Positions 48,681 to 63,040 of a stretch of 64,000 nt of DNA are shown here, in pieces. The stretch spans positions 14,978 through 78,977 of the forward strand of contig CANJIM010000002.1 of assembly GCA_947474495.1 (NCBI GenBank), written 5' to 3'. This stretch comes from Rhodospirillaceae bacterium. Its GTDB lineage: Bacteria; Pseudomonadota; Alphaproteobacteria; SMXQ01. Position numbers and translations under genes: made by a program. The notes beneath the pieces are model-generated. The model had not been told where the DNA came from, did no database searches, and saw only the letters and a program-made list of their open reading frames with translations. Each line of letters opens with the position of its first letter. The first letter of the stretch is position 1.

Positions 48681-50135
48681 ATGTCGCAGCACATGCTGAA
48701 GTTCGTCAAAATCGGCAACCACATGCCCGACAAGCGCGTGGCCGCCGAGCGCAAACGCGACTTCGACGAAATCTACGGCGAGTTCGCTGACGAGGCGGCC
48801 GCGACGCAGGCGAGCCGCTGCTCGCAATGCGGCGTGCCGTTCTGCCAGGTTCATTGCCCGGTCAACAACAACATCCCCGATTGGCTGAAGCTGACGGCTG
48901 AGGGGCGCCTGGAAGAGGCCTACGAAGTCTCCTCGGCGACCAACAATTTCCCGGAGATTTGCGGCCGCATCTGCCCGCAGGATCGTCTGTGCGAAGGCAA
49001 CTGCGTGCTCGAGCAGTCGGGCCATTCGACCGTCACCATCGGCTCGATCGAGAAATACATCACCGACACAGCCTTCGAGCAGGGCTGGGTCAAGCCGGTG
49101 AAACCCAAGCGCGAGCGCGGCCAGTCCGTCGCCATCATCGGCGCCGGCCCCGGCGGCATGGCGGCTGCGATGCAGCTGCGCGCCAAGGGCTACAGCGTCC
49201 ATATCTACGACCGCTACGATCGTGTCGGCGGCCTGATGATTTACGGCATCCCCAGCTTCAAGCTGGAAAAAGAAGTCGTCGAGCGCCGCGCCGAGCTGAT
49301 GAAGCAGTCGGGCATCGAACTGCATCTCGGTTTCGAAGTGGGCCGCGACGCCTCGCTCGACGCGCTGCGCAAGAAGCATGACGCGCTCTTGATCGCCACC
49401 GGCGTTTACAAGGCGCGCGACGCCGCCATGCCCGGCGCCGGCCTCTCGAACATTTTCCCGGCGATGGATTACCTGACGGCCTCGAACCGCAAAGGTCTCG
49501 GCGACAAGGTTCCCGCCTTCGAGGACGGCACGCTCGATGCCGCCGGCAAGGACGTCGTCGTCATCGGCGGCGGCGACACCGCCATGGATTGCGTGCGCAC
49601 CGCCGTGCGCCAGGGCGCCAAGTCGGTGAAGTGCCTCTATCGCCGTGACCGCGCCAACATGCCGGGCTCGCAGCGCGAGGTGAAGCATGCCGAGGAAGAG
49701 GGCGTCGAGTTCGTCTGGCTCGCCCAGCCCGAGGCTTATCTGGGCGATGGCAAGGTGAGCGGCGTGCGCGCCAGCCGCATCCATCTCGGCGTGCCCGACG
49801 CGACGGGCCGCCAGACGCCGCAGGTGCTGCCCGGCTCGCATTTCAACGTGAAGGCCGACATGGTGATCAAGGCCCTCGGCTTCGATCCCGAGGACCTGCC
49901 GACGATGTTCGGCACGCCCGATCTCGGCGTCACCCGCTGGGGCACCTTGAAGGTGAACTACCGCACCATGATGACCAATCTCGACGGCGTGTTCGCCGCC
50001 GGCGACATCGTGCGCGGCGCCTCGCTCGTCGTCTGGGCGATCCGCGATGGCCGCGACGCCGCCGAATGCATGCACAATTATCTCGCCGCCAAGGTCGAAG
50101 CGCGCACCGCGCCGGCCATGGCGTCCGCGTCGTAA
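48681..50135 (+). CDS. gltD: Glutamate synthase small subunit (NADPH)
   Basis: Aligns from MSQHMLKFVKIGNH with E. coli GltD. It carries Fe-S Cys clusters and FAD/NAD Rossmann motifs (IIGAGPGGMAAA, VIGGGDTAMDC). Confidence 0.9.
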   Translation: MSQHMLKFVKIGNHMPDKRVAAERKRDFDEIYGEFADEAAATQASRCSQCGVPFCQVHCPVNNNIPDWLKLTAEGRLEEAYEVSSATNNFPEICGRICPQDRLCEGNCVLEQSGHSTVTIGSIEKYITDTAFEQGWVKPVKPKRERGQSVAIIGAGPGGMAAAMQLRAKGYSVHIYDRYDRVGGLMIYGIPSFKLEKEVVERRAELMKQSGIELHLGFEVGRDASLDALRKKHDALLIATGVYKARDAAMPGAGLSNIFPAMDYLTASNRKGLGDKVPAFEDGTLDAAGKDVVVIGGGDTAMDCVRTAVRQGAKSVKCLYRRDRANMPGSQREVKHAEEEGVEFVWLAQPEAYLGDGKVSGVRASRIHLGVPDATGRQTPQVLPGSHFNVKADMVIKALGFDPEDLPTMFGTPDLGVTRWGTLKVNYRTMMTNLDGVFAAGDIVRGASLVVWAIRDGRDAAECMHNYLAAKVEARTAPAMASAS

Positions 50136-50149
50136 GGGGAGGACAGCGC

Positions 50150-54697
<4,548 letters not shown>

Positions 54698-54710
54698 GGG
54701 CAATCGACTC

Positions 54711-54748
54711 ACGCACTTCACGGTTCTGTAACCCACAGAATCGTGAAG
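54711..54748 (+). terminator. 13-bp-stem hairpin after gltB (terminator-like, no U-tract)
   Basis: CTTCACGGTTCTG-taaccca-CAGAATCGTGAAG. Confidence 0.45.
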
Positions 54749-54873
54749 ATGCGCGGTTGGCCGGCTGCGCCAATGGCTTGGCCAAGTCTGCCTTTGCCCT
54801 TAGACTTCGCCGGCTCGCGACCGTTGCCAGAAAGGCGGCGGCGGGAGTGGGGCGAGAACAAGGGGACGATCTC

Positions 54874-55719
54874 ATGCGACGGGCAACGACGGCGCTTTAC
54901 CGCTGTGCCGCGATTCTGTTCGCCGCCAGTCTCGCCGCGTCCGCTGCCGCCCAAGACGCTCCCGACGGCACCTTCATCGGCGATGTGCCCTATGTGGCGA
55001 CGCCGCAAGACGTGGTCGAGAGGATGCTCGACCTCGCCAAGGTCGGCGCGGGCGATTACGTCATCGACCTCGGCTCGGGCGACGGCCGTCTGGTGGTGAC
55101 GGCGGCGCAGCGCGGCGCCCAAGGCTTCGGCGTCGATCTCGATCCCAAGCGCATCGCCGAATCGATCGAGAACGCCAAGAAGGCCGGCGTGTCCGAGCGC
55201 GCGCAATTTTTCCAGCGCGACCTGTTCGAGACCGACTTCAGCCGCGCCACCGTGCTGACCATGTATCTATTGCCCGACATCAATATCGCGCTGCGTCCGA
55301 AGGTACTGGGACTCAAGCCCGGCACGCGCGTCGTCAGCCATGATTTTCATATGGGCGATTGGGAGCCCGATCAGCGAATCCGCATGATCTCGAAGCTCAC
55401 CCATTACGAGAGCAACGCCTATCTTTGGATCGTGCCGGCGCAAGCCGCAGGCGGCTGGCAGGCAGAGGGCGCCGATCCCATCAGGTTTGAGATCAGCCAG
55501 ACCTTTCAGCAGATCAAGCTGCAGGCGCGCAGCGCGTCAGGGTCGCTCAACGCCGAAGACGCGCGTCTGACCGGCGACCGCATTACGTTCAAAGCTGGCG
55601 TGCCGGGCGGACCGCTGCGCGCGTACGAAGGCCGTATCGACGGCGACGCCATCAGCGGCGTGATTCGCGACGGCGCCAAGGAAACTCCGTGGCGCGCGCG
55701 GCGCGCGGCGACGAAATAA
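54874..55719 (+). CDS. Class I SAM-dependent methyltransferase-like protein with an N-terminal Sec signal peptide and a C-terminal extension
   Basis: 281 aa. There is a signal peptide (MRRATTALYRCAAILFAASLAASAAA/QDA), a methyltransferase motif I (VIDLGSGDG) and a post-I acidic residue (GVDLD). An extra ~110-aa C-terminal domain follows. Confidence 0.65.
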   Translation: MRRATTALYRCAAILFAASLAASAAAQDAPDGTFIGDVPYVATPQDVVERMLDLAKVGAGDYVIDLGSGDGRLVVTAAQRGAQGFGVDLDPKRIAESIENAKKAGVSERAQFFQRDLFETDFSRATVLTMYLLPDINIALRPKVLGLKPGTRVVSHDFHMGDWEPDQRIRMISKLTHYESNAYLWIVPAQAAGGWQAEGADPIRFEISQTFQQIKLQARSASGSLNAEDARLTGDRITFKAGVPGGPLRAYEGRIDGDAISGVIRDGAKETPWRARRAATK

Positions 55720-55777
55720 CCACAAGGCCCAGCGAACCCTCTCACCCCTTCTCATCCCCGCATAGGCGAGTTTCTGC

Positions 55778-57130
55778 ATGACCCAGAATTCTTCCGCGCA
55801 GCCGGTGCAGTCGCTGTCGCAGTTCGACGCGATCGCCATGATCGTCGGCATCGTCATCGGTATCGGCATCTTTACCTTTCCGGCGCTGGTGGCGATGAAC
55901 GCCGCGAGCGAGACCGATGTGCTGCTGCTCTGGGCCGGCGGCGGTTTGATCTCGCTGATCGGTGCGCTTTGTTATGCCGAGCTGTGCAGCGCCTATCCCA
56001 GCGCCGGCGGCGAATATCACTTCATCACCAAGGCGTTCGGCCGCGACGTCGGTTTCATCTTCGCTTGGGCGCGGCTCGGCGTGATTCAAACCGGCGCCAT
56101 CGCGCTCGTCTGCTTCATCCTCGGCGACTACGCGACCCGTCTCTACAGTCTCGGCACCTACAGTTCGGCGGTTTATGCCGGTGTTTCCGTCATCGTGCTG
56201 ACCGCCGCCAACCTACTCGGCGCAAAACCGGGCAAGATGCTGCAGAATCTGCTGGCCAGCGGCATCATCATCATTCTCGCCTCCGCTATTCTCGGCGGCT
56301 TGATCAACGGATTGACGGGCTCCACGGCCGTGGCGCCTTCCGCTGGTGGCGGCGTCAGCACGGCCATCGGCACGGCGATGATCTTCATTCTGCTGACCTA
56401 CGGCGGCTGGAACGAAGCGGCTTATCTGTCGGCGGAAGTGAAGAATCCCGGCCGCAACATGGTTCGCGTCATGGTCGCCAGCCTGTTGCTGATCACGCTG
56501 ATCTACGTCCTGATCAATGTCGCATACTTGCGTGTGCTCGGCCTTGAGGGCATGCGCCAGGGCACCACCATCGGTGCCGAACTGATGCAGCGCGAATTTG
56601 GCACGGCCGGCGCGCTGGTGCTGACCGGCGCCGTCATCTTCGCAGCGCTGTCGACCGCCAACGCGACGATCTTCACCGGTGCGCGGACCAATTATGCGCT
56701 CGGTCAGAATTTTGCGCCGCTCGCTGCCCTTGGTCGGTGGGATGAGCAGCGCGACACGCCGCGCAATGCCCTTGTGGTGCAGGGCGTCATCGCGCTGGTG
56801 CTGGTGGTGGTCGGTGCGGTCACGCTGGACGGCGTCAAGGCGATGGTCAATTACGTCACGCCGGTGTTCTGGTTTTTCATGCTGCTCACCGCACTCTCGC
56901 TGTTCGTGCTGCGGTTTCGCGATCCGGGCGCGCCGCGCCCGTTCCGCGTACCGCTGTATCCGGTGACGCCGGCGATCTTCGTTCTCACTTGCGGCTTTAT
57001 GCTGCATTCGGGCGTCGATTTTGCCCTCATGACCTATGCCGGTCTGCCATCGCTGCTCGGTCTCGGCATTGTGCTGCTCGGCGTGCCGCTGCTCGTTTGG
57101 GGCCGTGTGCGGGCAAAAGTTGGGTCCTGA
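55778..57130 (+). CDS. APC-family amino acid permease
   Basis: 450 aa with about 12 TM segments and an APC signature near TM1 (IVGIVIGIGIF). Confidence 0.75.
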   Translation: MTQNSSAQPVQSLSQFDAIAMIVGIVIGIGIFTFPALVAMNAASETDVLLLWAGGGLISLIGALCYAELCSAYPSAGGEYHFITKAFGRDVGFIFAWARLGVIQTGAIALVCFILGDYATRLYSLGTYSSAVYAGVSVIVLTAANLLGAKPGKMLQNLLASGIIIILASAILGGLINGLTGSTAVAPSAGGGVSTAIGTAMIFILLTYGGWNEAAYLSAEVKNPGRNMVRVMVASLLLITLIYVLINVAYLRVLGLEGMRQGTTIGAELMQREFGTAGALVLTGAVIFAALSTANATIFTGARTNYALGQNFAPLAALGRWDEQRDTPRNALVVQGVIALVLVVVGAVTLDGVKAMVNYVTPVFWFFMLLTALSLFVLRFRDPGAPRPFRVPLYPVTPAIFVLTCGFMLHSGVDFALMTYAGLPSLLGLGIVLLGVPLLVWGRVRAKVGS

Positions 57131-57195
57131 AAACCGCAAAATTTGACTGTCCGGCGCACTTGGCCGGAACCGGCTCCTCCTGTAGATTGCCGCCC

Positions 57196-57873
57196 ATGCG
57201 CCGCCTCTATCATCTCTGGCTTTCGCCATTCAGCCGTAAAGTTCGTATCGTCCTGGCCGAGAAGGGTCTGGAGTTCGAGATGAAGGTCGAGAAAACCTGG
57301 GAGCGCCGCCCCGAGTTTCTCGGCATGAATCCGGCGGGCCAGGTGCCGGTCCTGGTCGAGGACGACGGCACCACCATCGTCGACAGCGGCGTCATCTGCG
57401 AATATCTCGAAGAGGTGCATCCGTCGGAGAAGGGCAAGTCGCTCTATGGGCCGACGCCCGCGGCGCGCGCCGAAGTCCGCCGCCTAGTCGCTTGGTTCGA
57501 TCTCAAATTCCAGCGCGAGGTGACGGTCAATCTCGTCGGTGAGAAAATCCAGAAGCGATTCTTGGGGCTCGGCCAGCCCGATTCGAGCGCGATCCGCGCC
57601 GGTCATGCCAATATCCACATGCATCTCGATTACATCGCTTATCTCACCGAGCGGCGCAGCTGGCTCGCCGGCGAAGATTTCTCGCTGGCGGATATTGCCG
57701 CGGCGGCGCATCTCTCTTGCCTCGATTATGTCGGCGACGTGCCGTGGGACGATCATCCGGAAGCGCGCGTCTGGTATGCGCGCATCAAGTCGCGCAAGAC
57801 CTTCCGGCCGATCCTCGCCGACCATATTCCCGGCGTGCCGCCGCCGAAACATTACGCTGACCCGGATTTCTAG
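57196..57873 (+). CDS. Glutathione S-transferase
   Basis: 225 aa with an N-terminal thioredoxin-like GST fold (YHLWLSPFSRKVRIVL, QVPVLV) and a helical C-terminal domain. Confidence 0.8.
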   Translation: MRRLYHLWLSPFSRKVRIVLAEKGLEFEMKVEKTWERRPEFLGMNPAGQVPVLVEDDGTTIVDSGVICEYLEEVHPSEKGKSLYGPTPAARAEVRRLVAWFDLKFQREVTVNLVGEKIQKRFLGLGQPDSSAIRAGHANIHMHLDYIAYLTERRSWLAGEDFSLADIAAAAHLSCLDYVGDVPWDDHPEARVWYARIKSRKTFRPILADHIPGVPPPKHYADPDF

Positions 57874-57936
57874 GGCCGACTTTAGAATGTTCGCGCGCGC
57901 GTTTCGGAGCGCAGCGCTTTTCCCGTAAGGACCGTC

Positions 57937-58392
57937 ATGACCGATACGAAACTTCCGCCCGCGCACCCGGACGCGCTCGAAGGCCCGCATGGCCTCGTCT
58001 GCCAAGCCTATTTGAACGGCGATATGCATCTTGGGCTGAAATATCTCGAACTGAATAAACGCAGCTCGCCGGTCTTCAGCTGGTTCACGAACCTCATTCC
58101 CTACGCATTTCTGATCATTATCGTGGGCAACTACACCTACGAGTACGGTTACATCGGCTTCTCGGCCAGTCTGATCGGTACCGGCGCGCTGATGTTCTTC
58201 TTCATGCCGCGCTGGCTCGCCAAGAAGGTGCGCGTGCGCGCTCTGGCCATGGCGCTCGGCAGCGAAGCCGGGTGGGACAAGCTGTGGGCCGCGGGCGGCA
58301 TTGGCTTGCGACTGGCCAAGGATCCGAGCATTGGCGCCGATTCGCCGGGCGATGACTGGCGCGTCTTCGCCAACACCTATCTCAAGGATTAA
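57937..58392 (+). CDS. Hypothetical membrane protein (2 TM)
   Basis: 151-aa ORF with two hydrophobic helices. There is no recognisable domain, and the coding status is uncertain. Confidence 0.4.
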   Translation: MTDTKLPPAHPDALEGPHGLVCQAYLNGDMHLGLKYLELNKRSSPVFSWFTNLIPYAFLIIIVGNYTYEYGYIGFSASLIGTGALMFFFMPRWLAKKVRVRALAMALGSEAGWDKLWAAGGIGLRLAKDPSIGADSPGDDWRVFANTYLKD

Positions 58393-58482
58393 CGGCGCAA
58401 TCTCGAGTTCCCGATTGGGGGACCGCGCGCCATAGTTTCGCCGCCTTCGCCGTCCTATGATCGGTCCCCCATTGACCGACCT

Positions 58483-59244
58483 ATGACCGGAGGTCTTGCC
58501 ATGCGCGTCTTTTCCACCACCTCGCTGCGTTCCCTGCTGGCCGCCGGCCCGGCTGTCATCCCGGTGCTTGGCGCGCTCTTGAGCGCGGTCACCGCCATCG
58601 GTCAGGCGCAGGCGCAAGCGGCGGACCTGCCACGCGACGAAATCGTGCTGCAGCTCTCCGCCGAAGACTGGGTCGAGACCAAGACGGCGCGCGTCGTCGC
58701 CGCGGCGGACGTCGCGATCGCCGGCGAGAACCGCGCCAGCGTGCGTGACCGCATGCTCGATGCCTTGAAGAAATTGTCGCCCGAGGCCGATTGGCGCTTG
58801 AGCCAATTCGCGCGCAGCCAGGATTCGGCCGGCCTCGAGCGCTGGCGCGTCACCGCCGAAGCGCGCTTGCCGGAAAAGTCCCTCGGCGGCCTCGATGATC
58901 GCGCCAAATCCTTGAGCCAGCCCGGTCTACAGTTGCGCATCGCGGCGACGCAATTCATGCCGACATTGGACGAGCGCGAAGCGACGTTGGCGAAACTGCG
59001 CGCGGCCCTCTACGCCAAGGCCAAGGCGGAAGCCGAGCAGGCGGCCAAGACTTGGCCGGATCGCGCCTATCGCGTCGCACGGGTCGATTTCCAGCAAATC
59101 GGGATACCGATGGCACGTCTGGCGGCGCAAGAAGCGATGCCGATGGCGGCGGGGGGCGGCGCGTCCTTCGCGCCGGGCGACGATCTTGCCGTGGCCCAGA
59201 AACTGACGCTGCAAGCGACGGTCACGCTGGCGCCGAGTAAATAA
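58483..59244 (+). CDS. SIMPL-domain (DUF541) periplasmic protein
   Basis: A signal-peptide-like N-terminus, with SIMPL-family features toward the C-terminus. The likely start is M at 58501. Confidence 0.6.
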   Translation: MTGGLAMRVFSTTSLRSLLAAGPAVIPVLGALLSAVTAIGQAQAQAADLPRDEIVLQLSAEDWVETKTARVVAAADVAIAGENRASVRDRMLDALKKLSPEADWRLSQFARSQDSAGLERWRVTAEARLPEKSLGGLDDRAKSLSQPGLQLRIAATQFMPTLDEREATLAKLRAALYAKAKAEAEQAAKTWPDRAYRVARVDFQQIGIPMARLAAQEAMPMAAGGGASFAPGDDLAVAQKLTLQATVTLAPSK

Positions 59245-59262
59245 ACGTCCTGCCAATAAGCG

Positions 59263-60075
59263 TTAGGGCTTTTTCGCGGGCGCTTTGGTCGGCGCCGGCG
59301 ATGCCGGCGTTTGGCCCAGAGTTTTCAGGCGTTTTGCCGCTTCCTGGGCCTGGATGGTTTTCGGCGCGCTCTTGATGAGCGCCTGATAATCCTCGCGTGC
59401 GCCGCCGAGGTCCTTGCGGGCTTCGCGGATTTGCGCCCGTTCGAACAGGGCTTCCGGGCTGCGCTGCGACAGCGACACGGCGCGGTTGACATCGTCCAGC
59501 GCGAGATCGAACGAGCCGACATGACGATAGGCAGCGGCGCGATAGAGCCACGCCTCCGGACGGTTGGCGTCGCTATCGATGGCGGCGTTGAGATCGTCGA
59601 TCGCCTCGAAGAAATGGCCGGAATCATCGCGCGCCACGGCGCGGTCGATCAAAAGATCGGCATTGCCCGGCTTGATCGCCAAGGCGCGATCGAACGCGCC
59701 GATGGCACGCTCGTTGAGGCCGGCGAGATAATAGGCTTGCCCTGCTTGGCCGTAGAGGTCGGCCTTGAACGGCAGAATTTCCTCCATGGCATCAGCCGCC
59801 AAATCCTCGAAGATCTTGCCGGCCTGAATATATTGTTCCTTTTGCGCCAGCGCGACGCCGAGGCAATGGCGCGCGGCAAAATTCGCGCCCTTTTCCCACC
59901 AGGCTTTGGCGCGAGTAATGGCGGCGTCGGGATCCTTCGCTGCCAGCTTCAAACACTCGTTGTAGTCAGAGTTGTGCTGGTCGAAGGTGACTTGCGCCTT
60001 GGCAGGCACGGCGAACAGCAGGCCGGCCAGGAGGCTGGCAAGGATGGTCGGGGCGAAGTGGATATGAGTGCTCAT
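59263..60075 (-). CDS. Periplasmic TPR-repeat protein
   Basis: 270 aa from MSTHIHF, with a signal peptide and 4-5 TPR-like repeats. The 489-aa ORF is an upstream read-through. Confidence 0.65.
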   Translation of the reverse strand: MSTHIHFAPTILASLLAGLLFAVPAKAQVTFDQHNSDYNECLKLAAKDPDAAITRAKAWWEKGANFAARHCLGVALAQKEQYIQAGKIFEDLAADAMEEILPFKADLYGQAGQAYYLAGLNERAIGAFDRALAIKPGNADLLIDRAVARDDSGHFFEAIDDLNAAIDSDANRPEAWLYRAAAYRHVGSFDLALDDVNRAVSLSQRSPEALFERAQIREARKDLGGAREDYQALIKSAPKTIQAQEAAKRLKTLGQTPASPAPTKAPAKKP

Positions 60076-60138
60076 GGCGTCAAGATGGGCATGCCGGCGG
60101 CGCTTGTCTAGCTTCGGATTCTGGCTTCTTATGCGGCC

Positions 60139-61020
60139 ATGATCGCATCCGATAAACGTCTGTTCTGCTTCGGCCTCGGCACCTCGGCGCTCGCGCTTGC
60201 CGGCGGGCTCAAAGCCGAGGGTTGGCGCATCGCCGGCACCTGCCGCAGTGGCGAGAAAGCCGCGGCGCTGGCCGCCCGCGCCATCGACACTTATCGCTTC
60301 GATGGCGAAGCGCCGATGGCGAACCCTGGCGCGGCGCTGGCCGGCGCGACGCATCTCTTGATCTCCGCGCCGCCGGGCGCAGATGGCGATCCCGTGCTGC
60401 GCTGGCATGCGGCGGACATAGCCGGCCTCGCGTCCTTGCAATGGCTCGGCTATCTCTCGACCACCGGCGTCTATGGCGACCGCCAAGGGGACTGGGTCGA
60501 TGAGGAATCGCCGCTGGAGCCGAGCGGCGAACGCGGCCATCGCCGCGTCGCGGCCGAGACAGGCTGGCTCGATCTCTGGCGGCGGCATGGAGTGCCGGTG
60601 CAACTCTTTCGCCTCGCCGGCATCTACGGACCGGACAGCAACGCGCTCGCCACGGTTCGCGCCGGGCGGGGACAACGCGTCGATAAGCCGGGCCAGGTAT
60701 TCTCGCGCATTCATGTGGACGACATCGCGCAAGTGCTACGCGCGTCGATGGCGAAACCCAATCCCGGCGCGGCCTACAATGTGTGTGACGACAATCCGGC
60801 GGCGCCCGAAGAGGTGATCCGCTATGCCTGCGAATTGCTCGGGCTGACGCCGCCGCCTTTGGTGCCGTTCGAGACTGCGCAGCTTTCACCCATGGCGCGC
60901 AGCTTCTATGACGACAACAAGCGGGTGCGCAACGACCGCATCAAAGGCGAGCTTGGCGTCGCTCTGAAATATCCCGATTACAAGGCGGGATTGCAGGCGA
61001 TCTTGCAGGGCGAGAGATAA
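60139..61020 (+). CDS. SDR-family NAD(P)-binding oxidoreductase (atypical/extended)
   Basis: 293 aa with a Rossmann-like N-terminus and an NAD-dependent epimerase-like fold. Confidence 0.6.
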   Translation: MIASDKRLFCFGLGTSALALAGGLKAEGWRIAGTCRSGEKAAALAARAIDTYRFDGEAPMANPGAALAGATHLLISAPPGADGDPVLRWHAADIAGLASLQWLGYLSTTGVYGDRQGDWVDEESPLEPSGERGHRRVAAETGWLDLWRRHGVPVQLFRLAGIYGPDSNALATVRAGRGQRVDKPGQVFSRIHVDDIAQVLRASMAKPNPGAAYNVCDDNPAAPEEVIRYACELLGLTPPPLVPFETAQLSPMARSFYDDNKRVRNDRIKGELGVALKYPDYKAGLQAILQGER

Positions 61021-61044
61021 AAGCCCGCTCGTGCGCCCCGCGAG

Positions 61045-61812
61045 CTAGAAGCCCGCTCTTGCGCTCAACGCGACGACGGCTTCGCGGATCTGCGCCAAGT
61101 CCTGCTCGCGCGACAGGCGGTGATCACCGTCCTTGATCAGCGTGATGGTGACATCGCCGCTCGTCAGCTTGTCGGCGATGCGCAGGCTAAGGCCGTAGGG
61201 CACGTCGCCGTCCTTCATGCCGTGCAACAGATGCGCCGGACACTCGAGGGCGATGGGGCCGCCGAGCAATTGCAGCTTGCGGCCATCCTCGATCAATTTG
61301 CGCGAGATCATGTAGGGTTGGTCGCTATAGGCCGAAGGTTGGGCGAACATGCCGTCGCGCATCAGCGTTTCGCGGTCGGCGAAGCTGAGCTCGTTCCACA
61401 CCAGTTCCTCGGTGAAATCCGGCGCCGCGGCGATGCCGACGATGCCGACGACACGCTCATGCCGGGCGAGCGCCGCGTGCAGCATGATCCAGCCGCCCAT
61501 CGAGGAGCCGACCAGCAGCAGCGGCCCGGCCGTCGCCGCGTCGATGACGTCGAGGGCGTCGTCGAGCCAGTCCTGCAGGCCGGTTTCGGCGAAAACCCCT
61601 TCGGATTGGCCATGCGCCCGGTAATCGAACCGCAGCATGGCCTGGCCGCGCGCCTGGCAGAAATCCGACAGGTCCTGGACCTTCTTGCCGCTCATGTCGG
61701 ACATGAAGCCGGAAAAGAACACCACGGTCGGCCCGCGCCCCGGATCGGCACGATAGGCAAGGGTGGGGCGGCCGGCGCGGGCGAGGGATGCGGGCTTCTG
61801 TTGCAACGGCAT
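61045..61812 (-). CDS. Alpha/beta hydrolase
   Basis: 255 aa with the nucleophile elbow GSSMGG and a catalytic His near the C-terminus (DGDH). Confidence 0.75.
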   Translation of the reverse strand: MPLQQKPASLARAGRPTLAYRADPGRGPTVVFFSGFMSDMSGKKVQDLSDFCQARGQAMLRFDYRAHGQSEGVFAETGLQDWLDDALDVIDAATAGPLLLVGSSMGGWIMLHAALARHERVVGIVGIAAAPDFTEELVWNELSFADRETLMRDGMFAQPSAYSDQPYMISRKLIEDGRKLQLLGGPIALECPAHLLHGMKDGDVPYGLSLRIADKLTSGDVTITLIKDGDHRLSREQDLAQIREAVVALSARAGF

Positions 61813-61836
61813 GACCTTTCAGGCAATTACTGACGG

Positions 61837-63039
61837 ATGACCTTCGAAAGCCGGCCTCCCGGCGCCACTGCTAGCACCGAATCCCCTTTGCGCGAAAGCC
61901 GTCCCACCATCTTGCAAGTCTTGCCGGCGCTGGGCAGCCCGTCGGGCGCGGCCGGCGGGGTCGAGCGCGGCACGGTCGATCTCGCCAAGGCATTGGTTGC
62001 CGCTGGGTGGAACGCCATCGTCGCCTCCGAAGGCGGGCCGCTGTCGCGCGAGCTCGACCGCGTTGGGGCCAAGCATGTCGTTCTGCCGCTGGCCTCGAAA
62101 AACCCCGTCGTTATGGCCAAGAATGTCGGCCGCCTGCGCGCGCTGATCGCCGCCGAAGGCGTCGATATCGTCCATGCCCGGTCGCGCGCCCCGGCGTGGA
62201 GCGCCGAACGCGCCGCGCGCCAGGAAGGCGTGCATTTCGTCACCACCTTCCACGGCACCTACGGTGCCGCATCGCCCTTCAAGCGGTTCTACAACGCTGT
62301 GATGACGCGCGGCGAGCGCGTGATCGCCATCTCGAACTTCATCGCCGATCATATGCGCGAGATCTACAAGGTCGACGAGGCGCGCATCCGCGTGATCCAC
62401 CGTGGCGTCGAGATCGCCCATTTCGACCCGACGCGCGTCAGCCAGGAGCGCGTCATCCAGCTCGCCGCCGCCTGGCGCCTGCCGGACGACCGGCGCATCA
62501 TCATGCTGCCGGCGCGCCTGTCGCGCTGGAAGGGCCAGGGGTTGCTGCTCGACGCGATAGCGCTGCTCAAGCGGCGCGATCTGTTCGCGCTGTTGGTCGG
62601 CGTCGGCTCGGGCAGCGAATCTTTGCGCGAGGAATTGGAAGCCCAGATCGTCCGCCTCGGTCTTGGCGACAGCGTGCGCTTGATCGACGATTGCCGCGAC
62701 ATGCCGGCCGCCTACATGCTGGCCGATGTGGTCGTCGCGCCCTCGACGCAGCCGGAGGCCTTCGGCCGCACGGTCACCGAAGCGCAGGCGATGGGCCGCC
62801 CCGTCGTCGCCGCCGACCACGGCGGCGCCCGCGAGACGGTGATGCCCGGCGTCACCGGCTGGCTTGCCGCGCCGGGCGATGCCGCCGATTGGGCGGCGGC
62901 CATCGATCATGCGGTGTCGTTGAGCCCGGCCGAGCGCGAAGACATCTCGCAGGCTGCCATCGCCAATGTGCGCGCCCATTTCACCAACGAAGTGATGTGC
63001 GCGCAAACGCTCGACGTCTATCGCGAGCTGGTGGGCTGA
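61837..63039 (+). CDS. Glycosyltransferase family 4 (RfaG/LpcC-like)
   Basis: 400 aa with a GT4 C-terminal motif (EAFGRTVTEAQAMGRPVVA). Confidence 0.8.
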   Translation: MTFESRPPGATASTESPLRESRPTILQVLPALGSPSGAAGGVERGTVDLAKALVAAGWNAIVASEGGPLSRELDRVGAKHVVLPLASKNPVVMAKNVGRLRALIAAEGVDIVHARSRAPAWSAERAARQEGVHFVTTFHGTYGAASPFKRFYNAVMTRGERVIAISNFIADHMREIYKVDEARIRVIHRGVEIAHFDPTRVSQERVIQLAAAWRLPDDRRIIMLPARLSRWKGQGLLLDAIALLKRRDLFALLVGVGSGSESLREELEAQIVRLGLGDSVRLIDDCRDMPAAYMLADVVVAPSTQPEAFGRTVTEAQAMGRPVVAADHGGARETVMPGVTGWLAAPGDAADWAAAIDHAVSLSPAEREDISQAAIANVRAHFTNEVMCAQTLDVYRELVG

Positions 63040-63040
63040 C

